Origin: Iphione sp. A-MEVVRFRX5
Taxonomy: Eukaryota
Direction: 5' to 3'
Assembly (NCBI GenBank): GCA_976226885.1
Contig: OZ320316.1
Span: forward strand, 76,632,001-76,696,000
Length of the DNA: 64,000 nucleotides
Positions 52,675 through 63,960 of the stretch are shown piece after piece; within the stretch, counting starts at the first letter, position 1, and every line of letters begins with the position of its first letter. A program made the translations under genes and the position numbers. Under the pieces are notes generated by a model that saw only the letters and a list, made by a program, of their open reading frames with translations, had not been told where the DNA came from and ran no database searches.

Positions 52675-54428
52675 ACTCTCTTCCCCTCTCTTTTTCCCTC
52701 CTTCCGTCCCTTTCTCTCTCTCCCTTCTACCCTTTCTGTATCTTTAGCGAGGGAAAAATTCACATCAATCAAGACGTGCCATAAAATTCACCTGCCCAGC
52801 TTAATGCTACCTTAAGAAATGGAAGAATTCCTTCCATCGGACTGCAGTTGACAGAATAAAAAAAATGTGATACAGGAAAGCAGACCTGCAAGGTCTAGTG
52901 TCCCCCACCATCAAGTGCCAATTTCATGCTTACTACCCACCCAAACTCAGTAGGCCTGGCCACTACTTCCCTGCTGCAGGGCACCTCCTTTGGTCAAACT
53001 ACTACGAGGTCGTACTGGCAGAAGGGAGATATAGTTAGTGTGTGGATGTGTGTGTGCATGTGAGTGCATTGTCAGACCTAGCAATCCCTGAACTGGGTAT
53101 GTATGTTTGTGGGTGTGTTAGCAAAGGAGTAAATTGCCATAATTTCACATTTAGAATGCTTGTATTACTACCAAAATCATCCAGTATTAGGAGTCTCATG
53201 TTCATAAATTTAACATATTAAAATCAATTTATTGACTGAAGGGTTTGAGAATTATAAGACCCACAAGAGTGTGACAGGTCGGACAGTCTGCCAGCAGCAA
53301 TCCTAAGGTCCCCCTGTCTATGAGGCAGGGGACAGTAATATCATCACTCTCTTGGTAACTGTCTTGTATAGGAAATTTATTGTTGACAATGTTTTGTGGG
53401 AGATAAGAAGAGTTTTGAAAAAAATCTTAATAGTGCTATTCTCATCAGGCATGATAATGTATATGGTGTCAAGGTATTTAACAAGTGTTGATTTTCTTCT
53501 ACCCATATTACCATCGTGTTAGTGTGGTGATTTTACAAGAGACAAATTTGGTGTGATGTACACTGGGTTGTGGGCAGGGTTATTGACTTGTAAATAGAAA
53601 ATTGATCGTCCCCCTGCCATGCCAATGTTGTACTATAAAAAAAATGGGAAACACGAAGACTGAGTGTGTACATGTGCACAAGTATACATGCTATTACGGC
53701 CCCAACATAATAAAGACATACTCGGAGATTGGGAGAGAAGGTGTAGTACTTGAGTCAAAATCCAAAAGACAAAGGGCCCTTGGATATTGGACATGGACTT
53801 GTTTCCCAAATTGGCGACATGCCCCTTGGATGTTGGACATTGGTCTTGGTTCCAGTATTGACGACCTGGGGCCTATGCTGATGAGACCGGCCGTTTCTTG
53901 AGTTTCACGGCCTTCTGTGCTGGGTGGTGTCATGGGGTGGACGGCCTGGGGGTGGGACATAACAACATGCCCTAGGTGGTGTGACGCCAATGCAGTTGGG
54001 GCAGAAGGTTGTAGATGAGCTGTGGGTTGACCTGTGCAGACAAGATAGCCACTTCATGTCCCACCACAAACGGCCCTCCTCTGATCCCACGTATATAGAT
54101 CAGAGGAGGCCCGGGGGCGCATCCACCGACCAGGAAGCCTGTACTGTCCCTCTGGTTACATATTCGATTAGAGGAGGGAGCCATCGACTGTGCCTCCCCA
54201 ACAGGACCGTACTGTCAAAGGAGGGAGGGATGGAGGGACTGTACTGTCCTGTCCAACAACACATATATACATATTCACCCGCAGCTGCCACCAAGGGAGA
54301 GAAAGGCACATACTGTCTAAGCTGTGTATGACAGTCCTGGTAACTATGATGCAATCCTAACGCCATCCCATTGTGACATCATGACCCCCTTGCAACTACG
54401 ATTCCCTCCCCTTCAACAGTAATCATAG

Positions 54429-54589
54429 TGTTGGGCCTGTGCCCAAGATTTGCTCAAGGTTAACACTGACTATGTAAGGGACTGAGCTGAAGGGGTTTGT
54501 TGCCATTCTTGTCTGCTCCTTCTTGAAATAAACTTCAGTCAAATTGCACTACAAAGAGTCATGTCACTTCGTTCGTTTCGGGGCGAACA
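54429..54589 (+). repeat. 5' LTR (161 bp)
   Basis: TGTTGGGCC...GCGAACA with AATAAA at 54527-54532, followed by a 2-nt spacer and the PBS. The first 26 nt match 63961 onward at 21/26. Confidence 0.85.
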
Positions 54590-54591
54590 TT

Positions 54592-54609
54592 TGGTGGCAG
54601 TAGTGGGAT
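54592..54609 (+). promoter_or_regulatory. Primer-binding site, tRNA-Leu type
   Basis: TGGTGGCAGTAGTGGGAT directly after the LTR, near-complementary to the tRNA-Leu 3' end (...ATCCCACCGCTGCCACCA). Confidence 0.8.
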
Positions 54610-54902
54610 CCTCTCCACTGAAGACCTGGCGGAGTTCCGGGCAGAGTCAAGGGCCGAGACGGGTGGAGTCAGAGAAGCCCACAGCCTTGGCGGAGTTGCT
54701 GGCGGAGATGCCAGGCAAGCTCCAGGTGGAGTTACCCTTATGCTTACCCTTGCCAATGGAGACAGAGGAGACCCAAGTGACTAAGGGTGACTCAGGTTTA
54801 TGGAGGTCAAAGTCAGCTACTCTTGCCAGCCAGACCAAGGGGAGAAAGAGCTGAGAGAGGGAGGAATCACCACATTTGGGTGGGACTGGGGAAGGCTTGT
54901 AG

Positions 54903-55910
54903 GTGGCTAGTCTGGTGCCACCCATGGGCGAAGCCTCACCTGCGCCAAATCAAATAGATCCAAGAGAGGAAGTCAACAGACAAGAAGGCCAGGACTCCCT
55001 TTCTGGGGAGGAAGGCAAGTCCCACGCTACCAGCAATGAGGACAATGAGGAGGTGGCCGAGACGGCTGAGGCCATTCCGCTGTGGCATGGGCTAGTTACC
55101 GAGCTGAAGACGGCACTGTGCCCTGGCGAGGCCCCCAGGTGCTCCCAAGTCAAACCCGATGTGTATGATGGAAGCACATCATTCAGGAATTTTCTCCAGC
55201 ACTTCAAGCTGGTGGCCGCTGCTAACCGGTACAGTGAGGAGGACAAGGCCATACAGCTGGGGATCACACTGCGCAAGTCACCACAGGGAGTGCTGCACAG
55301 TGCAGATGTGGATATTATGAAGGCTGGCGCCTACCAGCGGTTAATGGAAGCCCTCACCAAGCGGTTCAAGTCCCGGCACCAAACTGATGCCTACATTCAA
55401 CAACTTAAAGGCAGGCGCCAGAAGGACAAAGGATGAAGGACGAAGGACTTAGAGATCTAGCAGATGAGATGGAACACCTAGTCCAATTAGCCTACCCAGA
55501 GGCTAAAGGGATGTGGAAGGACCACATGTGTAGGGAGTACTTTACAGGACCCCTGCGGAACGAGAAGGTGCGGAAGTGGGTCACACAGGCCCAAGTGTCC
55601 ATATTCCGTTGGGCCCTATCATCGGCTCAGGTCACTGAGTTGTACTATGGCAGCAAGAATGAGAGAGTCGGCCCTAAGAAGATTCACCAACTGGAGGCTA
55701 CTCCTGCTGCTGGAGCTGCTGAACAGAAGATGGCTTCCGCTAAAGAGGAGGCATGAGCAATGGGCTGAATCAAGAAGTTACTTCAGTACATGTAGTTGCT
55801 TGAGGAGAGTAGCATGGCTCAGAAGGAGACGAGAAAGTCTGGCCCGAAGAAGTGCTTCCAGTGTGGCAAAGTGGGCCACTTCTGGCACGATTGCCCAAAG
55901 TTGCCTGTGG
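54903..55910 (+). pseudogene. gag: Gypsy gag, frameshifted and with premature stops
   Basis: KPDVYDGSTSFRNFLQHFKLVAAAN...LADEMEHLVQLAYP; CCHC knuckle CFQCGKVGHFWHDC at 55853-55894. Confidence 0.9.
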
Positions 55911-56029
55911 AGTGTACGACACTGTCCGGAAACGGGTTGGCGGCTGCCCCTCAGGTCTGATTCGGGTGGCCACCATTGTACCGCCAAGGAACCAAACACC
56001 CGAGCCGGAAAGTTATCTTTGGGTGTTGC

Positions 56030-59000
56030 AGCTGGAGATCGGAGAGGAACTTTGGTTGGAGGGAGAGCGTTTTCCTTCCTCTAACATTGTTTTGACCAGT
56101 CGAGTCTGAGGAGAGATGGTTCCCTGGTTGGTTGACACAGGAGCGTCATTGACCCTGATAGCCACGGAGGTGGCTGAGCGAGTAGGTTTAGGGCAGCTTG
56201 AGCCAGTGGTAGGGCAGATCCTATATGCTGATGGGAACCCACTGCAGATACAGGGCAGGAAGAGATTCTATGTCATGTTCAGAGAACTGGAACTCTGGGT
56301 GAAGTCGTGGGTTGCCAGTATCGACTGTCCGGCAATCCTGGGCCTCAACACCCTGAGGAGAAGGAAAGCGCAAGTAGATACCGAGAGGGCAGCCCTCCGA
56401 GTAAGGATGCCTGAAGAGGAGCAGGTCGGAAGCTGCAAGGTGATACTGGCTGAGGACTGCCAGCTTGAAGGAAGAAGCGCCAAGGGGGGCCAGGGTGACT
56501 TGGCCAGAACTGAAGGGCATCGGAGGAGTGGTGCTAGTGGAGGCTGCCCCCGGGTGGGCAGGCTGTTCTGGGCTGAACCTGGCAAGGACACTGCGCGGTG
56601 TGGGAGCAACTACCGGAGTGGTGGAGTTGGCTAACCCTGGACACTTGGGTTGCTGTCTGCGGCAAGGAACTATAGTGGGGCAAGCTTGCTGGCGAAACTC
56701 CCGGAGAGCTTGACGGGGGAAGAGCACGGCCTGGTGGGCCAGATGCTGGAGGAACATCAGATGTGCTTCCAAGAGAAAGGAGAGCCACTTGGTAGTACTG
56801 AAGAGGTGTAGCACAGGATTGTTGTCCAGGGGCATGTGTAGATATATCAACAAGTTCATCGACTGCCCCTGGCCAAGTGTGTGGCCGTGCAGCGGGAAGT
56901 CTGGAAGATGCTGGACCGGGTTGTGCTGGAGCTGTCGACCAGCCCCTGGACATCCCCTGCCATTCTGGTGAAAAGGAAGGACCAGTCATGGCAATTCTGC
57001 ATCGACTATCATGCCCTGAATAGGATCACGAAGAAGGAAGCCGACCCACTCCCCAGGATAGACGACACCCTGTATGCCCGAAGGGATGAAGTATTTCTCA
57101 GCCTTGGACTTGGCCAGTGGGCACTGGCAAGTCCAGATGCACCCTGCGGATCGCGAGAAGACTGCTGTGTGTACTCCGGGAGGCCTCTACCAGTTCAAGG
57201 TAATGCCGTTGGGATTTTGTAATGCCCCGTCTACCTTCGAGCGGCTCATGGAGGTAGTGCTCCGGGGCCTCATGGGAACTACCTGTTTGGTCTACCTGGA
57301 CGACGTCATCGTGATAGGACCTTCAGTTACCAAGATGGTTGATCGGTTGGCAGAGGTGTTCCGGCAGCTGAGGGAGGCAGGATTGAAGATCAAACCGGAG
57401 AAGTGCCAGCTGTTCCAGATTGAGGTGGCATATCTGGTAAGGTTTGGGTGGTAGAAGACTGGCCGACGCTACAATGTCTTACAGAGTTGAGGAGCTTCAT
57501 TGGGCTGTGTTCGTACTACTGCAGCTTTATCCATGGATTCACCATCGTTGCCAGCCTGCTGCACCGGTTGCTGGAGAAGGGGGAGGCCTTTCGCTGGATG
57601 TTGGAGTATGAGGACGCTTTCCAGACCCTCAAGGGGAAGTTGATGACAGCCCCCATTCTGGCCTAACCATGACCGGAAGGGAAGATGACCTTGGATACCG
57701 ATGCCTCGATGCAAGGAATCGGGGAGGTCCTGTCTCAGGAGCAGGGCGGCAAAGAGCGAGTTCTAGCGTACACCAGCTGCAGCCTCACCTGACCTGAGCA
57801 GAACTGCTGCGTGACCTGCAAGGAACTGTTGGCGGTCATCTTCGGCCTGCAAAAGTTCAGGTATTATGTGGGCGACGTGCGTATCATTATCAGGACGGAC
57901 CACAGCTCTCTCAGTTGGCTGTGTAACTTCTAAGAGATGCAGGGGCAACTGGCGAGATGGCTGGAAGAAATTCACTGGTACGCTTTAGAGATCGTCTACT
58001 GGCCGGGCAGGAAACATGGCAATGCTGATGGGTCATCATGCATGGTCTGCCCCCAGTGTGGCCGCAACGGAGTGGAGGAAGAGGAGGAGGAGGAGCTACA
58101 CGGGACCGTAGCCATCATCCGAATGGTGGCCGGAGCTGCCGAGGACCTGAAGCAGGTGCAACAGGAGGATGGGACAGTGGCAGAGCCATGTCATGCGACT
58201 TGAGTTCTTCTGGCCCGGATTAGCCCGAGATGCAGAGCGGTGGGGCTGGGCTTGTGAACAGTGTCAGAAATGTCAGGACCCGGCGAGGAAACATCGGACG
58301 CCATTGCAGCTGAGGGTGGCACCCTGGCTGTGGGAGATGGTCGCTGTGGACATCTGTGGGCCGTTCCCGGCACCGCTACATCTTGGTGGTCGCTGATCAT
58401 TTCACCACGTGGGTGGAGGCTTTTCCGATGGAGGAAGTGGGGCCAGAGGCCATCACTCACGTGCTAATGAGAGAGGTGGTCTGCTGCTTCGGCCCCCCTC
58501 AGATCCTCCATTATGACCAGGGACGAAATTTCGAGGCCACCACTATGAAGGAGTTACTTGCGCTGCTCGGGATACAGAAGATGCGCACGGCACTGTATCA
58601 CCCGCAGAGTGATGGGGTCATCGAGCGGTTCAACCAGACATAAGCAGGGATGCTGTTAAGGAGGATCAAGCGAATTGGGACCAATGACTGCCCTATGTTT
58701 TAGCTGTCTATCCGGCTACCCCCCACCGGGCCACTGGATTCACCCCGAACTGGATGATGTTGCAACAGGAGACAACGCTGCCGACTGAAGTGATGGTGGG
58801 GGCGGCTCCAGCCTCTGCGGTGTCCTGAGTGGAGTATGTGGAGCTGACAGAACAGCGCCTAGTCAAGGTTTACTGACAAGTACATCAGCAGTTATAGAGG
58901 CTAGCCAAGCAACAGGAGGATTGGTATGATCGTGGCGTCAGAGAGCAGAGCTATTCCTACCAGTGAAGAAAAGAGGAAGATCTCCAAAGTTACAGAGCCG

Positions 59001-59379
59001 CTGGTAAGGACCATGCACAGTAGAAAGCAAGCTTTCGGAGGTAATCTACCGCATTAGCCTGGGCCACAAGTGCCGTGTAGTGCATGTCGACCTGCTTTAG
59101 CATGCCCACAAAGATCCAGAGGAAGACACATTGATGCAGACCCCAACATCAGTTCCACCACAAGAACCTGTGATCGGGCGACTCTGCATGCTGCACTGGA
59201 GTACCAGCAACCCCAAGACCCCAGTAGGATTCCAGGCTGAGAGGAGGATGGGCGAGGGGCGCTCCCCCAGAAAGAAGGAGGGGAGGATGCTTCCCCCACC
59301 CCATTGGCTTAGGCCCCCAAGACCGACAGCCATGAGACCAGGAGGGGGGCAGCAGCCCACGGACCAGGCCGTTCGATGA
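56030..59379 (+). pseudogene. pol: Gypsy pol (aspartic protease, RT, RNase H, integrase), disrupted
   Basis: LVDTGAS (protease); SPWTSPAILV, FCIDYHALN, LDLASGHWQ, MPLGFCNAPSTF and YLDDVIV (RT); LDTDAS (RNase H); FFWPG..CEQC, VAVDICGP, DQGRNFE and YHPQSDGVIERFN (integrase). Confidence 0.95.
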
Positions 59380-60290
59380 CGGCTGATATCTGAAAGCAGG
59401 AGGAAGGAGAGACAGGTGAGGAGCTACACAATTCATGATGTCCCGAGGGGGTGGGTCAACTTGATACAGGAACAGCTGGAGGAGCTGTTACGACAGACCC
59501 GCCAGACCTTAAGCCCCCGACCATCAGCTGTGATCAGCGAAAAACAGCAGAGGAGAAGCACTGGTGGGCCGCCGAAGTGGCAGTTGAGCAGAGCATTGTG
59601 GAAGCTCCAAGGAATCAGGACCAAGCTGACCAAGCGCTATGGAAATGCAGTGGTGGAGCGATTGATACGGGTGCTGTGGAAACAGTTGGTCACTGCCTGG
59701 ATGCCCCACCCCAACCACACCAGAAGTCATCGTGAGATAGCATGTCGCCAGCCAACCCTGGATGGAGCACGGCGGAGTTCCCATTGGCCTCTGGGCAGAA
59801 TTCTAACAGTTGTGGCGGACTCCGTCAGGGACCGGCCAATCAGAAGGCGGCACACGAAAGTTTGACTTTGCTGGAGTGACGCCACTGGGACTATAAGGAA
59901 ACTTGGGGCGGGGGTCGCCCGATACCCGTCTGCGAGGAATCCACCACGCCAGGAGCTGCATTACTCTGCCTGAGAAGAAAGATGAAGTTTTATCGCCGGG
60001 AGAGTAACATTGAGAGTGGGGCTTGGCCTGAGCCTCCCTCCCTTCGAAGAGCAGCGGAAAAGCCATCCCTGCCTGAATCTTGGCAGTCGCCCCCAGGGTC
60101 AACAATTTTGATGCATTGAGTCCAAGTAGCTCTAACGGAGCTAGTGGCAAGCCAGGACTCAGCCGGAGGGTGCCTGGGTTCACTACAACATTTGCCAGAG
60201 CAGGGCCGGGTTGTGGGCAGGGTTTGTGGCAATGTTTTATCAGAGAGGACTGGGCAGAGCTCTATGGACAAACAGACCTCAGCAGAGACG

Positions 60291-62180
60291 ATGGCCTCTA
60301 GGGGATTTTTCTGCACTCAGTGTCGATTCACCTGTACACGCTACCCCAACCTGGATACGCACCAGGACTTGGAGGTACCATGCTGTTGCCCTGATCCAGC
60401 GTGTGGGGGGAGGGTGCATTTTAAGCACTGCAAGGACTTTAAGCAACACCTGGAAAAGAAACAAAAGAGGGAGGAGCACTGGCTAACCGTGGGTCAGCAG
60501 GCCGACATGTGCTTCATCAACTACCAAACAGGGGAAGACGTGGAGGTGCCCCCGGAGTATGATGCCGAGGTGGCGCTGGCCAAGTGCAAGGAGGAGCATG
60601 AGCGACAGAAAGAGCTGGCCATCATGAAGGGGTAACCGGCACCATCTTGGCCCCAGTTCCCCAGGCGCCCAGCTAGAGGTTGGCTTCTGGCCAAGAAGCG
60701 GGAGCTGCCCACTCCGGAGCCAACCGCCGAGGAGGACGAGCAGGAGGATAGTGAACAGGAGGAGGAGCAAGACCAGTCTGCTGGCCCCACCTTGCAACCC
60801 CGAGAAGGACGTAATGGACTTGTGACTTTGACCTCCCGCAGCAACTCCCGGAACCAGCAGCCACCGTCCAGGCGGGGTCTCGTCCTAAGCCCTCCCCGAT
60901 GACCCCCAACAAGTAGTGGACTTGTATGGATTGGACAGTTCCCCCTCAGAGAGGGGCCTGACCCCAAAGTTGCAGAAAGCAGCCAGAGTGAGTGAGGCTT
61001 GACAGCGACTCCAGCCTCCTTCTGCAGTTCCTGGACCCTCTGGAGGCAAGACCCGGGCGGGCAAGTTGCCAGCCAAGCGTGCCTGTGGGGAGCAGCCAGA
61101 CATCACCATCAAGCGGGACCCGAGGCTCTGGGAGAGGCCAGCCCGTTACCAGCCCATGACCTCCCTTATTTCGCTGGTGGGCACCCCCAACCGCTGTCAT
61201 CCGTGCCTGGCTGTGTGGGATCTTTAGTTGCAATGTCTCCCCTAGTGCGGGGGGTGCTCACCTCAGGAATAGCGGACCCCAACTTACCTGCTTCTGCCAG
61301 ATGCCCAAGCTTGCTGGAATTGGACGTCCAGCTTGGAGCTAGCTGGATTAACGTGGAAGCTGAGGAGAAGGGAGTGGCCCCTATCGTATTGGACTCAGAT
61401 GAAGGCGAAGAGGACCACAAAGACCTAGGGCACCAGGAGGTGGATACGTCCGGACAGGGTGAAGACCAAGGCACCGTGGTGAGCATTGTTCGTTATGCCC
61501 AGACCGAGGTTGAACGCAGTGGGGGAGACCAGCCCTCCCTTAACACCCCCCAGTTTGAGGATCGCCAAGACAGTGGAACCCTACCCATGCTCGCCACGCC
61601 CTCGGAGACTGAGCTAGTGGCCGCGCTGGCCACCCTAGCAGAGGTAGTGGAGGTAGGCCCTGTGGATGAGGGAAGAGAAGTTCCACCGACCGGAGACCGG
61701 CCGGGGATGGCCACGGACCCCGCCAGGGGTCTGGCGATGATTCCGGCAGCAGCTCCGCCCATGTCCCGGGTGGAGGAGGAGAGACCGGCTACCCCTGCCC
61801 AGCCTCTGCCGACCAACCGGGTGGAGACCGGCGGGGAATCTTCGGTTGGGGCCACTACCACACCAGAGCAGGAGGCTGAATCCAAGACAGCAGAGGGAGG
61901 AGGAACCCCCCAGTGCAAATTGGGATGACAGTCGGTGCCCCACAAGCAGGGCACCGCATTGGCATCAGCAAGGCCAGGGACCCCCCAGGTGGACCTGGGA
62001 CGGCGGTTGGCGCCCCATGAGCTGGGCGCCACACTAGTCACTGCCACTGTGACTACCAAGACTACCCCCCTTCTGGCGACATCAACTCCAGCTGGGGACA
62101 CCAGAACCACTGTAGCGGCAGCCCCAGTAACAGACCGAGGGACACATATCCAGGCAACCCAGGGGCTGCCCCCTGACTGA
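60291..62180 (+). pseudogene. Accessory ORF3 of the gypsy element: N-terminal C2H2-like zinc fingers, then a long acidic Pro/Thr-rich region
   Basis: A single frame from ATG 60291 (MASRGFFCTQC) to TGA 62180, 630 codons, broken only by point stops at 60633, 60900, 60993 and 61926. It joins track ORFs 60144-60635, 60999-61928 and 61935-62180. Confidence 0.75.
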
Positions 62181-62190
62181 CTGCACGCTG

Positions 62191-63642
62191 ATGGTCCGGA
62201 CCACCAGGCACCAGCTGAGGTGGGCTGACCCCAAGGTACCAGCCGCGGTTTGCTGGTGGGCTGGAGGACTAGTGCTTACCTTGACAGCAGAGCCACCAGT
62301 TGGGTGGCACCTGGCTACAGTGGAGGGAAGGACTGAAGTGGAGATCATCAAGGGGGGTTCCCTAGTATCACACTGGCAGACTACCGAGTTGTGGCTCCAA
62401 ACTCCGGCACCACAGGACGCAGCAGGACTGGAGATCTGGGCCTCACAGCAGCAAAGAGACAAGCCAGGAGTACACTTTAACCCCTTACCGTCCATGTTAA
62501 TTGATGTTTTTGAAAGGGGGACCAGAGGTATGAGATTAGCTATCCTTGTGTGAGTAGTATTCTGATAGAACTGATATTATACCATACATCCCTGGAAACC
62601 TTAGGAATTGCACTTTAATTTAGCATCAATTTTGTTCTTATAATTCAGTTGCCATGGCAACAGAAGAGCCCTGAGTGTAGTTGATTTTTTAGGAAAATAA
62701 TCAGAAATTTCTACTCATTGACAATAAATCTCTAGAAAGAGTTATAAATATTGTTTTTAGAGAAAAACTTACTATTGAGGAAATATTCAGCAAGCGTTTT
62801 GCAATCTTTTGATGCCTCATTCGTTATTGTGCATAAATTTAGTATATTGTATCATAATCTGGCATTTTGTATCTATTACCCAAAAAAATGTTCCATCACA
62901 TTCATCAGCTGCATCACTAATGCTGCATATGCAACCTTGAGGTGTTACCATGGTAACAAATTAAATAATTAATCAATGATTTAGCTGGTTCTAAACTCCT
63001 ATCAGGTAGTCCAGGCCTTTGTATGTAATTTTTATAGAAAATACAACACATTTTCAAAGAATTTGGCAGATGTTATGTAATACCTCTCATCATATATATG
63101 CCCATTGATATTGGAGGTGTAATGGATATTGGTGTATCATATTTTATGTAATCAAATAAAAGAGAGTGCAAACTGAAACAAAGTTTCTCAAAATCAAACA
63201 TCAGCTCCAATTCTGTAGTATTATTTCAAAATAGAATGGAAATCTATATATTACTTCAAATATTCAAGGGCTTGCTTTCCTCATAACACAAATGTGCAGC
63301 CTAAACATAACACTTGCTCAAATTTATGCAAATGAGGAAGGTCATGTGATCAGTTTTAGAGGCTTCCTTGTCAGAAAAGGTGAAAGTTCTTGTGCAGCCT
63401 GAGAAAAGGCCCATAGTCTGGGCATATTTAGAGAAAAATGGATAAAATCCCGTTAAAATTAATGGTTGTATATTCAGACTAACTTCTATCATACATATGT
63501 GTATGATTTTACCATTGTTGGACGGTAAGGGGTTAAGAGCTGCTATTGGCAGTTCGGGGCAACCCAGCTTGATGAGATGAGGACGACTGTGTGGTGGGAG
63601 GTGGATTACGTTATCAAGTTGGCACCCACCACGCATACCTAG
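62191..63642 (+). pseudogene. Accessory Trp-rich ORF (131 aa) of the gypsy element, split by a MITE; may be the frameshifted C-terminus of ORF3
   Basis: 62191-62480 joined to 63537-63642 gives a stop-free 132-codon frame ending ...KPGVHFKSCYWQFG...VWWEVDYVIKLAPTTHT*. Confidence 0.75.
62481..63532. mobile_element. piggyBac-type non-autonomous element (1052 bp) nested in the gypsy element
   Basis: Perfect 14-bp TIRs CCCCTTACCGTCCA / TGGACGGTAAGGGG with a TTAA duplication at 62477-62480 and 63533-63536; AT-rich non-coding interior. Confidence 0.92.
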
Positions 63643-63948
63643 GTAGAGGTAGCTTGAGGTCCTGTAATGGATCCTCCTTGAAGAAATGTTGGGGTCTGTA
63701 CTGACCCCAGTTGTTAAGGATCTCAGTTGGGTGACCTGTATTGGCCCCTCTGTTCCTTTCACATGTAATCTCTGTTGGCCTGTACTGGCCCAGTTATTGT
63801 TGTAGTACTTTTTCAGAATAATAAGCAAAACATTTTGGCCTGTACTGGCTTTGATGTAGGATCCTTCTTGCAAATAATAAAGGAAACAGGGGTACATGTG
63901 TTGATCACATTTATTGTCATTATTTGGGCTCAGGGTCTGAGCCAACCC

Positions 63949-63960
63949 AGAGGGGGACGG
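63949..63960 (+). promoter_or_regulatory. Polypurine tract
   Basis: AGAGGGGGACGG immediately before the 3' LTR. Confidence 0.75.

Noticed and set aside
54559-62495. Minus-strand ORFs over the gypsy element
   Set aside because: Antisense shadows of gag, pol and ORF3.
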